Shown here piece by piece: positions 52,505-64,000 of a stretch of 64,000 nt of DNA. The stretch's first letter is position 1, and the number at the start of each line of letters is the position of its first letter. The DNA is from Octopus sinensis. Its lineage: Eukaryota. The notes below the pieces were generated by a model. That model had not been told where the DNA came from and ran no database searches. It saw only the letters and a program-made list of their open reading frames with translations. Where the stretch lies: the NCBI RefSeq assembly GCF_006345805.1, contig NC_043007.1:7750001-7814000 (forward strand). The letters are read 5' to 3'. A program made the position numbers and the translations under genes.

Positions 52505-53250
52505 TATAAAGGTGGAGAGAAATCGAAGTGATCAGTTAATAAAGACGTATATAGAATCCGAAGAAGTGTTTAGACTGTAATGGTGTGTAAGAACTTATGG
52601 AGAAGCTCTACAGAAAGAGATAAAAGCGGAGTGGAGTAGTTGAAGTTGAAAAATGTATAATGCTTTAAAAAGTTAAAATGAGACGTATAAAAACTACCTG
52701 GAGAGGCAGGCTGTCTGTAAACGAGAATGATGTATGTGTTGATATGGTGAAGGCATGACTTTGTTAAATGAAATAAAATTAAAATGTTGAGATCGAAACA
52801 TTAGCTTTTAAATCACAGAAGAAGATACGAGCACACACTACATCAATTCCCCTAAAACCATTGAGTCACTATTACATGTGAAATGTGTGGGAAAAGCAAA
52901 AGAAAAACTTGCTTAAAAAATACATTTGATAGTCTCAGAAAGTATATTAGGGGAGACGCAGCAATGCTACTTAGGAATTTCTCTCTATTGGAAATATTTG
53001 TGAACCATGGCTTAAAACAAGAAAAGAATTCGGAAGAATAGTACAAAGTTCTTTGGGATTTCAATAGTGAATTCAATTATATGCAAGAAAGTCGGAACCT
53101 AGATATTGCTGTAGCAAAAAGGAAACGACGTGTAAAAAGATCGATAATTCAATAATGGAGAATATTGTAGCTGGGATTAAGACACATTAAAGAAAGAAGT
53201 GTTCGATTGAAAAGTTTGTGGCCATTAAGGAAGCCATATCAATACATGAA
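52505..53250 (+). mobile_element. Very degenerate R4/Dong-like retrotransposon remnant
   Basis: TCEMCGKS (zinc-knuckle-like) near 52873; YKVLWDFN..ESRNLDIAV (RLE 'LWD..RPDI'-like) near 53040-53110. Confidence 0.45.
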
Positions 53251-53316
53251 ACATTCACTTCAGGTAGAAAATATTTCTAGCGAAAGGAACACGTATCTTG
53301 AAAGAGGACACTCACC

Positions 53317-53680
53317 GTGGAGGCGCAATGGCCCAGTGATTAGGGCAGAGGACTCGCGGTCGTAGGACCGGGCGTTGTGAGTGTTTATTGAGCGCAAACA
53401 CCTCTAGCCCCACGAGGCTCCGGCAGGGGAGGGGGCGAACCCTGCTGTATTCTTTCGCCACAACTTTCTCTCACTCTTTCTTCTTGTTTCCGTTGTATCT
53501 GTACTTCAAAGGGGCCAGCCTTGTTGCACTCTGTTTCTCACTGAATCTACCCGAGAACTACGTTAAGGGTACACGTGTGACTGTGGAGTGTTCAGCTACT
53601 TGCATGTTAATTTCACGAGCAGGCTGGTCCGTTGATCGGATCAACTGAGACCCACGTCGTCGTAACCGACGGAGTGCCAC
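53317..53680 (+). mobile_element. tRNA-derived SINE, family A (B-box region deleted)
   Basis: Matches 1365-1750. Confidence 0.85.
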
Positions 53681-53924
53681 AAGACAATTACATATACATG
53701 CGCATGATGCATATGTATGTGCGCAGGTGTGTGTGTATGTCTGAGTAGGTGTATGTCTACATATATAAATACATATCGATTAGTTACAGCATCCATTAGA
53801 ACCTAGGCCCATCAACACGCAGAGCGCCAGAGCTAGCCGGGTATCATAGCATTGAATTCACAATAAGATAAAACAACAACCATTATCTGATATTTCGTGC
53901 AGTATATGCATATATATATATATA

Positions 53925-54147
53925 CCAAATCCGATATAAACCGTAGATCCTACCCAGGGTTGATTGCAGGAGTGGAGTATTTATAAAAAGACATAAGCGG
54001 CGTTTAAAATTTACTACACCTGTTTCCGTAGCATTTTATTGATGTTTTGCTCAAGAAAACGACACATCGGCCGGTCAGGAATCGAACCCCCAGCCAATCT
54101 TATGACCATGAGTGCAACACTTTAACCACTAAGCCACGCATCTCCAC
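53925..54147 (-). mobile_element. tRNA-derived SINE fragment
   Basis: Minus strand gtggagatgcgtggcttagtggttaaa...gggttcgattcctgaccgg. Confidence 0.65.
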
Positions 54148-54190
54148 TTCTCATTAGAGTATGGCTAATACATTATGAATATAAATGTAA

Positions 54191-54230
<40 letters not shown>

Positions 54231-54838
54231 GGCTAAGAAGGAATATATTCACAGACATGACTGAGTTGGAACCTACATACACTGGAAGCTATGCCAACAT
54301 TATGGAATAACAACAGAAAAAAATGGTATAGGCACACACCAGAAAAGGTCACAGAAAACGAGAAAGCAACCATACTCTGGGATATGCCGATACACACAGA
54401 TAGAGAAATTAAGGCCAACAGACCAGATATAGTTGTCAGAGATCATGAAGAAAAAAAATGCTTTCTAATTGATGTATCAATACCAGCGGATGACAACGTG
54501 TCTCTAAAAGAAATGAAGAAACTTTCAAAATACAAAGACCTGGAAATGGAGGTAACCAGAATGTGGAACCTAAAAACAGAAACAATTCCTATTATAGTAG
54601 GTGCATTAGGCATGATAAAAAAATATTCAGACAAATACATAACAAAAACACCAGGACTTACAAACACATATAACATACAGAAAATTGCACTACTAGGCAC
54701 TGTACACATCCTATGCAGAACACTTTCCATACAATAACCATCAGAGCATCACAACAAATCACAACATATACCCAAGGCACACAGAACTGCGCTCGGTAGT
54801 GAAGTGAAAGCACGCTATAAAAAAATAAAACTACTGAA
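54231..54838 (+). mobile_element. 5'-truncated R4/Dong-type non-LTR retrotransposon (restriction-like endonuclease domain + 3' UTR)
   Basis: ORF 54291-54737: ILWDMPIHTDREIKANRPDIVV..CFLIDVSIP..KLSKYKDL..IPIIVGALG (PD-(D/E)xK RLE); (TAA)n at 54196-54230 and 54838-54858. Confidence 0.92.
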
Positions 54839-54958
54839 TAATAATAATAATAATAATAGAAATATTACATTTCTAAATCTCTCTTCAGTGAATGTATTTC
54901 ACTTGAAATAGGTTTTCAAAGGCGCATAAGCATCGACAGCTAGGAAGCCATGTTACTC

Positions 54959-54997
54959 CAGACTGATGATGAGCAATGACTCTGAAACCAGTCTCTG
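54959..54997 (+). ncRNA. Solo minimal hammerhead motif
   Basis: CAGA-CUGAUGA-U-GAG-caauga-CUC-U-GAAAC-CA-GUC-UCUG. Confidence 0.65.
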
Positions 54998-55179
54998 CTT
55001 GCTGGCTTTGCTGGGTAGAGGTGCTTATCTCCACCTTTGAATACATAAGGACACAGAAAAATGTGTCAAGTCCAACAGGAAACAGTGTTTCCTCGGGCTA
55101 AATAGCAGTAGCATTCTTCCCTTTCATGGGACTGCCACATTAAGTTGGCGAGATACCATCATGTTTTCGAATTCTGCCA

Positions 55180-55335
55180 CAAGGGCAGCCATTTGGGGGA
55201 AGAAGATGTTTCATCGGCCCCGAAAGGATGAAAGGCAAATTCCACCTCGGCAGAATTTAAACTCGGAACATAGCGACGGGCGAAATGCCACTAAGCATTT
55301 TCCCCGGCGCGCTAACGATTCTGCCAGCTCACCAC
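55180..55335 (-). mobile_element. SINE family B
   Basis: ccccgaaaggatgaaaggcaaa..gctaacgattctgccagctc. Confidence 0.75.
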
Positions 55336-55344
55336 TTTATATAA

Positions 55345-55376
<32 letters not shown>

Positions 55377-55674
55377 GAATATAAATATAAAAAATTCATA
55401 ACAGGTACATACATGTAGAAAACATGTATAGGATCCCCTACGCGTAATTTCTCAATCAAAGATTTAAATAAAAAAAATACAATGTTATTCGGATGAAATT
55501 GCAAATTATAGTTTGTAGATCTTAGCAATGGTATTTAGACATGAAATAACATTATGCATAATTCGTAGTGTTACGTAACCATTCCATTTCATTTGATGAT
55601 AATCTGCGATGTGTGTGTGTATGTGTGTGTATGTGTGTGTGTGTGCGTGTGTGTGTGTGTGTGCGCGCGCGCGC

Positions 55675-55705
<31 letters not shown>

Positions 55706-57561
55706 TGATGGTAGACTCGCAGTCCAAGAAAGACAGTTCTGCATCTTCTAACTGAATGTCGTGCACGAATTATTTGTTTATAGCGAACAATTGTATGTTC
55801 TGTACATTAGCTCACTTTTCCAATCAAACTGATGTTGCCTGCACAGGCGGACAAGTGTATCATGTATCAGGTGTGGAAGTGACCAGAAAGCATTGTGAGA
55901 TGAAAAGTTTTGCTCGAGAATAGAACCTTTCCCCACCCCACCCAGTCCAAACAAAAAAAAACAAAGCCAAAAGATGAGCTAAAATAACAATGAACGTCGT
56001 ATTGTCCCAGCGGAAGGAAAGAGTTAATGGCACAAATGATTTTGTTCTTCATCGGGTAAGAATAAGAAGAAAGACCAAGAGGAAGTTAAAAAAGCAAGGA
56101 AAGAGATGTTCTAGACTTTAAGTCCTAGGTTCAACTCCATTCAAGATCAGCTTTACCTTTCATCCTTCTGGGATCGATAGAGAAGTCGTCGTGTACAAGA
56201 GATTGATGTAATCGACCAACAGCCTTCTATCGAAATTGCTGGCCATGTGTTTTTATTGGAAAAAATTTTACTATATTCGATTCTACTCGGTCTTGAATTA
56301 TTTGGGGTTTTATGTATAACTAGCAATGCACCCCGGCGTTGCCCGCGTTTTATGATCTACAGCCACATTGTATTATTCGTTCCTTTCTTATGGACAGAAT
56401 CGGCACACGAGGAGCAGAGGAGCACACAACTCTTCCTTATAAACATGTTTTCGGTCATTTTCTGATGAACAAAGCTGCAGTTTCCGTCTACAAAATTCAG
56501 TCACAAGTCTGTGGCTGGCCTAGGGCTATAGTAGAAAACACTTGCCCAAGGTACCATGCAGAGGGACTGAACGTGGAACCATGTGGTTGGGAAGAAAACT
56601 TCTCAACCACACAGTCATTCTTGCAATATGCGTATGTGTGTTTACATTTGTTACTAAATCGGGTTTTGTGTCTCACTGTGTCTCGAAGTGAACAATTCAT
56701 CAAGCAGAGATCTATAGAATAAATGCCAGATTGAAATATGGACTGAGGTCAGTGCGATCAAATAAATTTTTAAAGGTGACACGCCATCATGACGAAAGTC
56801 GAAAAACCAAACCTTGTAAAATGATGTCTAAAGACTTAATGGCTTTAAATTTAAGGTAATTGATTACTAACTACAAGATAATGATATATTTCTATCTTGA
56901 CTTCCAACGATTAACAATTGTAATTTGAAGTTGATTAGTTAGCAACAAGAAAGATGTCCAGATTTCACAAAAAATTATTGAACCAAATATTCTGAATAAA
57001 AGTTCTTTTTTTCAGCACAACAAAACACACAGGCACACAGGTATTTCTGTGGTAACTTGAGCTGCTACAAATATCAGCCAAATGTCACTTAAAACACACC
57101 CTTTCAACAAAACAAAGATACAGATAAACTGTATTTCAGGAAGGAAAATGAAACAAAAACTATGCGATGGATCTGCTACGTCAGAGGCAAGTCTAGGCGA
57201 AACAAAGCACACACAAAGATACTTTGGCATTAAAAGATTATCTCCTAAATAATACTAATAAAGTTGACGGTATATCTTCGAAGTTTCATTCCATATTTTA
57301 AACATTTTCTCATTATGCTCTAAGACATAAAGAATATTCAGGCAGAGTTGCCTCTCCTAGCTAAAGACCTCAAAATCATGTGACTTGACCTTGTTTTCTA
57401 GGTTATTTCTGTCGTAAAAAAAGAGTTGTTGTGCAAAAATCATACTTTATTTGGTAGCCGAAAGATTACTGATTCTTTTGATACCTAATACGTCACAATC
57501 GCAACTCAGTTTTCGGATCCATAGGGAACATACGCGAGCACATACGTACACACAAACTCTG

Positions 57562-57620
<59 letters not shown>

Positions 57621-57903
57621 ATATGTTTTGCATATGTGGATTGCAGGGTTATGTCGTATGTGGAGACCCACTCGTGGAAAAAAAGAAATAAACAGTCTCC
57701 GACTGCTATTTTTATTTTTTTCGATATGCGGCTAAGCAACCTGTTGCCTGCCCCTTCTGTTTATATACAATATATACTGAACTTCACAAAAGTTCTTGCC
57801 ACTAATGGTTATATTTACATACCGAAATCTAGCAGTAAATAATTGTTGGTTTTTTGTAAAACCATCGAAGAAATTATTTACTCTTATTATTATATATATA
57901 TAT

Positions 57904-58013
<110 letters not shown>

Positions 58014-58089
58014 TATATATGCACGCACACACATATACATTGTGTGTGTGTCTTCATGTATGTGCCTGTGTGCATAAATACGTGCAGTG

Positions 58090-58640
58090 GTATATGGTGG
58101 TTTTTATCATTGGGTGTATTGCCAAAAATGTTGGTAAAATGATGTATCAGAGAACCATATTATGACACAATGCGCATTGAGGTGTGCAGTGTTATTTCAG
58201 GAAACCCGCCACTAAATTCCAAGCAGGTGCATAGCAGAAGTTTTCCATTAAGATTTGTAATTAAATTAATGAGTGAGGTTAATATTTATAATGTATTTGC
58301 CATTTTGGATGGATGTGCAACACACACCTAGCACACCACGGATATACATATGTGAAATATTACCGACCTTAGTAAAATTTATTTCCATTTGGATGAGGTA
58401 GATTTTGCAATGTTATGCATGCAATTGTTATGCATGAGCGATTATAAAAGTGTGTGGAATCCATCATTTGTAGTCTGTGAGATTTTCTGCAATAAATATA
58501 TTCCTTTTTTGTGTTGCGGGTAGATTTATATATAATGATGCACACACAGTCACTTGTGCTTCCAAGAATATAATCTGCTGTATTAAATACAAGCGCTATG
58601 GCATATTGTGTATTTGAAGCAAAAGTTAGCGATTGGCTGA
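58090..58640 (+). mobile_element. Probable degenerate Helitron PIF1-helicase remnant
   Basis: Frameshifted peptides in PIF1 motif order: VGKMMY (GTGKT-like), AILDG.ATH, IWDEV, CNKYIPF..GDF-like, LVLPR, CIK.S.LW-like. Confidence 0.45.
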
Positions 58641-59091
58641 TTGTTTAAAGGGACACATATTTGATGAAGGTCAGTACCGTATCATTCAATCCTTTAGCAC
58701 TCCATTTCAAATCTGTAAACCACTGCTGCATATATCACGTTATTTTTTTTCTTGGGTTATACAACACCTCACTACTCTTCTGTACTGGTTTTGTGGGGTA
58801 CAAGTGATATGCCTCTTAAGCCCAGCTATTTCTGTTGGCATCAATAACCAAATATATTTCTCCAACAACATTCCTGCACACGGTAAGAAACGCCCATAAA
58901 CGTTTTCTACCTGTCATCCCTTTTTTAGATGTACATTCTCACACACTTCACCAAACCCCCACCATTGCATACCCAAAAGCTCTCACCTCTAAGTCATACC
59001 ATCGCATATTTATTCACTAGTATTACACACACACCCTCACTCACAAACTTCTTCCTGTTTGTACACACATTTACGCATGCACACATGAACA

Positions 59092-59126
<35 letters not shown>

Positions 59127-59426
59127 TTCTAATATAAGGATAAAATTTTATTAAAAAATTTTATCAGTGGCCAGCATATAAAAAATACCTTTTAAGGGGA
59201 AAATTATAATATAATTAAAATAAGGGCAAAAAGAAAAATTTTCTTTGCCAATATACTGAAAAATAAACGCTAAATCGACTAACTACATAAAATATTTTCA
59301 CTTGTATTATTACATCACGTGTCAAAACGAGGAAAAGCAAGCTAACAGTTTTTCATAAAAATATAGTTATCCCCGAATCGGTTCCTTCATCAGCGAGGAA
59401 CAACAAAATGAAAATAAATGAAATAC

Positions 59427-59500
<74 letters not shown>

Positions 59501-61004
59501 CATCGATAATTTAATCCCCTGCAATCTTCTTCGCTTGTCACATTTATTTTCCTTACCGCACTGTCTCCCCGGTATACCGAAAAACATCTTTACTTCACCA
59601 ACTTTTCCCAATCCTAGATTTATCACTGAACTAACATCATATTCTTTAACTTGTTTTTTCTTTTGTTTCTCATCTTTATGTCTTGATGAAGGACACTGGT
59701 CCAAAGCGTCTATTTCTATTATTTCTCTTCCAAACACAATTACATTGACCTTTGTACGCATGATCATTGCTTTGGCTGCGTTTTTTTTATCTCTCGTGGA
59801 TGTACCCTTTAAAGGGCCCATCCACGTATTCTAAGAAGCAAGATAATTCTACAGCAGGACTACATACATTTGCATATAATTCCATAAAGGTACCAGTGGT
59901 GCTTAAGTAACAGACACGTGTTTTGTCATGCCTTCTACCCGAGACTCCATCACGGTGCTATCCACCCATTAATCTGACAAGAAGAGCCTTCGCAGCATGT
60001 GACCTTTAAATGTACAACATTTAATTAGCGTTGGCAGTTCTGTGATCTGTCTTTCATGGCGAAAAACAAATATGACACATACTCATCAGATTTATTGACA
60101 GGAAATTATAAAACACGCAACTTTAAAGGAAAGACAAAAACGTTTCTTTTTGCATTACATCCGATGAATTTTCTGTTTTTCGAAAAAATTCCGTTTTCGG
60201 ACTTGTAATTCCATCAGACATTCCATCAATGTGGTTTGATATTCAGAATAAAATTTTCAACATGTAAACATTTACAATTTACAATTACTGACAATTAATT
60301 AAAATTCTTGTGAATTCTGTACTGTAAAAGATTGTCTATATATAAGTTCAGCAAAATTTAGATTCAGATTAATCTGGTACTTAAGTTAAAGGCACCAGAA
60401 TTTGGTATGGTATTATCCATATAAATCAAATGGGGTGATTATAATCAAAATAAGCAACAGGGATATCCAAGGTAGAGTAGTACAATTGTTTCATGCAATC
60501 TATAAGGTGTGACTTTAGGTGAGGAAGGCAAGGGAGACAAATGTGAACTTAACATATATACGTGAGAACACACTTGTGAAATTAATGTGTGCGTGTATAT
60601 TCTGTGTGTCTGTGCGTGTGTATATATGTGTGTGTTCGTTTGTTTTCTTTATGTGTATGAGGCTATCTCACGTAGGTGTGTGTATGTGTACAAACGCAGG
60701 TGTATGCATGAATTTGTTGTGTATGCGTATACTGTGTGTATTTATGAGTCTGTGTATGTGTGTACATGTGCGTCTGTGTCCTTGTTTTCTCTTTATGTTT
60801 GTGCGTGAGGCTGTCCGACATGCGTGTGTGTGTGCTAGAGCGTTGTGTGTGCATGAAGCTATAGTGTGCATGTGTATGGCGTGTGTGTGTGTGTGCATCT
60901 GTGCCTGTGTATATGTGTGTATGCGTGCCGCACACAGTGTGTGCTGTGACAATTTTGTGTGTTTCATATTGGATAAAGGTTTTAGTTCTAATATCGATTT
61001 CGAA

Positions 61005-61210
61005 TTTTGGCACAAGGCCAGTAATTTCAGGGGAGGGGTTAAATTGATTACATTGACCCCACTGTTCACCTGGCACTTATCTTATATTCCTGGAAAGGAA
61101 GAAAGACAAAGTCGACCTCGGCGGTATTTAAACACAGAACGTAAAGACGGGTGGAATGCCGTTAAGTACTTCTTTCCCGGCGCGGTAACCATTCTGCCAA
61201 CTCCCCGCCT
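61005..61210 (-). mobile_element. SINE family B
   Basis: ggcacaaggccagtaatttc...aaagtcgacctcggcgg. Confidence 0.7.
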
Positions 61211-61579
61211 TTGGTTTTGGCTGAAGTATCAACGACAAAGCTGTGGGTGATCGGAAGCGCAGGTGTGTTATTACACCCTGCTACTTATGAGGGTGGCGAT
61301 GAGGGTGGCGCAAGGAACTGTAATGGGACTGTGGGGCTGGAAGAAGGAGTGTGTGTGTGTGTGTGTGCATCTTGTGTCTGGTGTTGATTTGTTTACTTCC
61401 CCGTAACTTAGCGGATCGACAAAAGAATCCGATCTCTTAAAATGCCATTTATGTACTAAAGTCGATTTGTTCGACTAAAGAATTCAAAGTTGTGCTCCAG
61501 CATGACAATGGTCTGAGTAAAAGATAATGTATTTGTATATCTATCATTCTACACACACACACACACACAGACATGCATA

Positions 61580-62376
61580 CGAGGTCTGATCAATAAGTAT
61601 CAGGACTGTTGTCATAATAACGAAGCTAAAGCAAACAGAGTGAAGCCGCTTGGCAGAAATTGACCTTGAACTCTGTACATGCGCACTAAGTTTTAACGTT
61701 TTAGCTCACTTCCGCTGTTTTTAGCAGTGCTTGGAAGCAAGGCATGTCGCGTGTGGTCGTCGCATTGACCATGGCAGAGGAAGTGGTCATGAAATAGCTG
61801 CACAGAGGTCTGCGCAAAGTAACGGAAAGTGTATGAGCCGTGTACGAGTGGTTCAGATGTTTCAAAGATGGCCGAAAAAATGTCGATATTGAGGAATGTT
61901 CTAGGAGACTGAGAGAAAGGTCGCAGATGTGCGAGCAGCTGCGAGGTAAAATCGTCGAATCACAATCCCTGAGTTACCTGAGGATGTGCGGATTAGTTAC
62001 GGTTCACTTCAGTCCATTATCAATGAAGATTTGGGTATGAGACGCGTGTCTTCCAAGTTTGTGCCCAAACTGCTTTCAGCTGACCAAAATGAGACTCGAG
62101 TTTCCGTTGTACAAGATCTCCTTGATTGTGTCGAGAACGATGAAAACTTTTTTGAAAACTTTGCGTAGGCCTCTGAACAGGAATCACCAAGCTTTTGGCC
62201 AAATTTGATGCAGATTCTTTGCTCATCTTTCTCCGTCATGGTCCATGCGACGATCACACGCTACACACCTTCCTTCCAAGCAACGCTGTAAGCAACAGGA
62301 GTGAGCTAGAACGTTGAAATTTAGTGCACATGCGCAACAGATTTCAAGGTCAATCTGTGCTAAGCGGCTTTACTCT
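61580..62376. mobile_element. Fold-back mariner derivative (same family as 16211-17062), right TIR lost at the (GAT)n tract
   Basis: TA-cgaggtctgatcaataagtat TIR. + strand: VYEWFRCFKDGR, DLGMRRVSSKFVPKLLS. - strand: MTEKDEQRICIKFGQKLGDSCSEAYAK. Confidence 0.85.
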
Positions 62377-62377
62377 A

Positions 62378-62660
62378 CGATGATGATGATGATGACGATG
62401 ATGATGATGATGATGATGATAATGATGATGATGGTGATGATGATGATGATGATGACGACGACGACGACGATGACGACGATGACGATGATGACGATGATGA
62501 TGATGATGATAATGTTGATGATGATGATAATGATGATGATGACGATGATGATGATGATGATGATGATGATGGTGGTGATGATGACGATGATGATGACGAC
62601 GGCGACGACGGCGATAACGCTGATGGCGATGATGTCGATGACGAAGCTGATGATGACGGT
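62378..62660. repeat. (GAT/GAC)n trinucleotide repeat
   Basis: Direct inspection. Confidence 0.95.
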
Positions 62661-62888
62661 GAAGGTGAGTGAAAGTGAAGGTGATGGCGATGGGGGATAA
62701 ACATGACGAGGAGGCTGCATTCTTGCAAGACACTTCAACGTTCCACCTTCAAAGAAGCAATTACCATTCAACGGTTCTGAGAGCTGAGCAATACTTGACG
62801 TTCCTTCATAATTTATGGCCACCATTTCTATTTACTCCTAACACATTCGTTGCTGTTTTATAACGGATACACACACACTCACACACAC

Positions 62889-62922
<34 letters not shown>

Positions 62923-63399
62923 ACACTCACACACACACACAACACACACACACACTCACACACACACGCAAACACTAAGCTACCCGCACACACTTACTGA
63001 TGAAAGATATACGCACGTATAACTACACACACACACACACACATTTATATATATATATTCATGTATATAAATAGGCATATTTATACGTATATATGTGTAT
63101 AGATACCTACGCATTTATGTACACATGTAAATGTTTGTATGCGTGTGTACGTGTGTATGTGTGTGTGTGTGTGCATGAGTATGTATGCATATATATATGT
63201 GTGTGTGTGTGTGTGTAGGCGCAAGCAAAGCTACGTGGTTAAAATGTTTGCTTTGCAACCGTGTGGATTTGTATACAGTCCCCTTCAGCAAGTATCTTCA
63301 CGTATAATGTATATGTGTGTATGCGTGCGTCACACAATGTGTGCTGTTTTCTGTTTGTGTGTGCTGTGAGAATTTAATGTGTTTCATATTGGATAAAGG

Positions 63400-63615
63400 T
63401 TTATCTTTATGTGTCTGTGTTTGTCGCTCCTAGCATTGCTTGACAACCGACGCTGGTGTGTTTGCGTCCCCGTTACTTAGCGGGTCGGTAAAAGAAACTG
63501 ATAGAATAAGTGCTAGGCTTACAAAGAATAAGTTCCGGGGTCGATTTGGTCGACTAAAGGCGGTGCTTCAGCATGGCCGCAGTCAAATGACTGAAACAAG
63601 TTGTTAAAGAGTAAA

Positions 63616-63620
<5 letters not shown>
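63400..63620 (+). mobile_element. SINE family C, 3' half
   Basis: cgactaaaggcggtgcttcagcatggccgcagtcaaatgactgaaacaag tail. Confidence 0.8.
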
Positions 63621-63683
<63 letters not shown>

Positions 63684-63685
63684 TA

Positions 63686-63739
<54 letters not shown>

Positions 63740-63812
63740 GTATATATACATAAGGAAAATGGAGAGTTGAACTCAGAAAAATCAATTTATTAATATAATA
63801 GTCAATTCTATA

Positions 63813-63887
63813 TCGTCTACGTACGTTTCAATTTCTTACCTCAAGATTGCATTATGCATTTCAAAGTTAAATAAATCTTCAGGGCAA
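63813..63887 (-). ncRNA. Hammerhead motif with long stem II
   Basis: UUGCC-CUGAAGA-[imperfect hairpin closed by UGCA-uaa-UGCA]-GAAAC-GUAC-GUA-GACGA; palindromic stem III ACGUACGU; element abuts (TA)n. Confidence 0.65.
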
Positions 63888-64000
63888 AAATTGACAAATA
63901 TTCGTTCACATCCAAATGGATGGACAGTTGCCTACAGCCTGAGATAGCAGCATGCCTTTGAGTGTTTTTGCTTGTCAGCATGTACCTTTTGAATTCCTTT

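Noticed and set aside
60519-61250. 243-aa ORF
   Set aside because: Degenerate (TG)n tract fused to antisense SINE B sequence

Overview
AT-rich, microsatellite-saturated animal DNA. The SINE families and repeat landscape fit an octopus (coleoid cephalopod) genome; this is inferred, not verified. The only intact host coding sequence is the terminal exon (TM6-TM7 and C-tail) of a cholecystokinin/sulfakinin-type GPCR on the minus strand (26945-27459). No upstream exon was recognised, so 27460-64000 is probably one large intron. The rest is mostly transposon debris: tRNA-derived SINEs, CR1/L2-type LINE fragments, R4/Dong-type fragments in (TAA)n, mariner derivatives, a Penelope-like GIY-YIG remnant and a probable Helitron remnant. 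The main unexplained signal is a dense set of minimal type-I hammerhead ribozyme (HHR) motifs of Penelope/retrozyme style. First, a ~4.2-kb array of ~560-bp units (48136-52350), each with an HHR, is arranged as a head-to-head inverted tandem and is a candidate non-LTR retrozyme/circRNA source. Second, a tRNA-headed, HHR-carrying SINE-like element (24988-25591) sits inside a 13-bp TSD, and a second HHR-deleted copy is inserted into the loop of another HHR. Third, several more HHR palindromes and solo motifs of apparently unrelated sequence occur. Most ORFs in the supplied track are microsatellite artefacts. All structure calls were made by eye.
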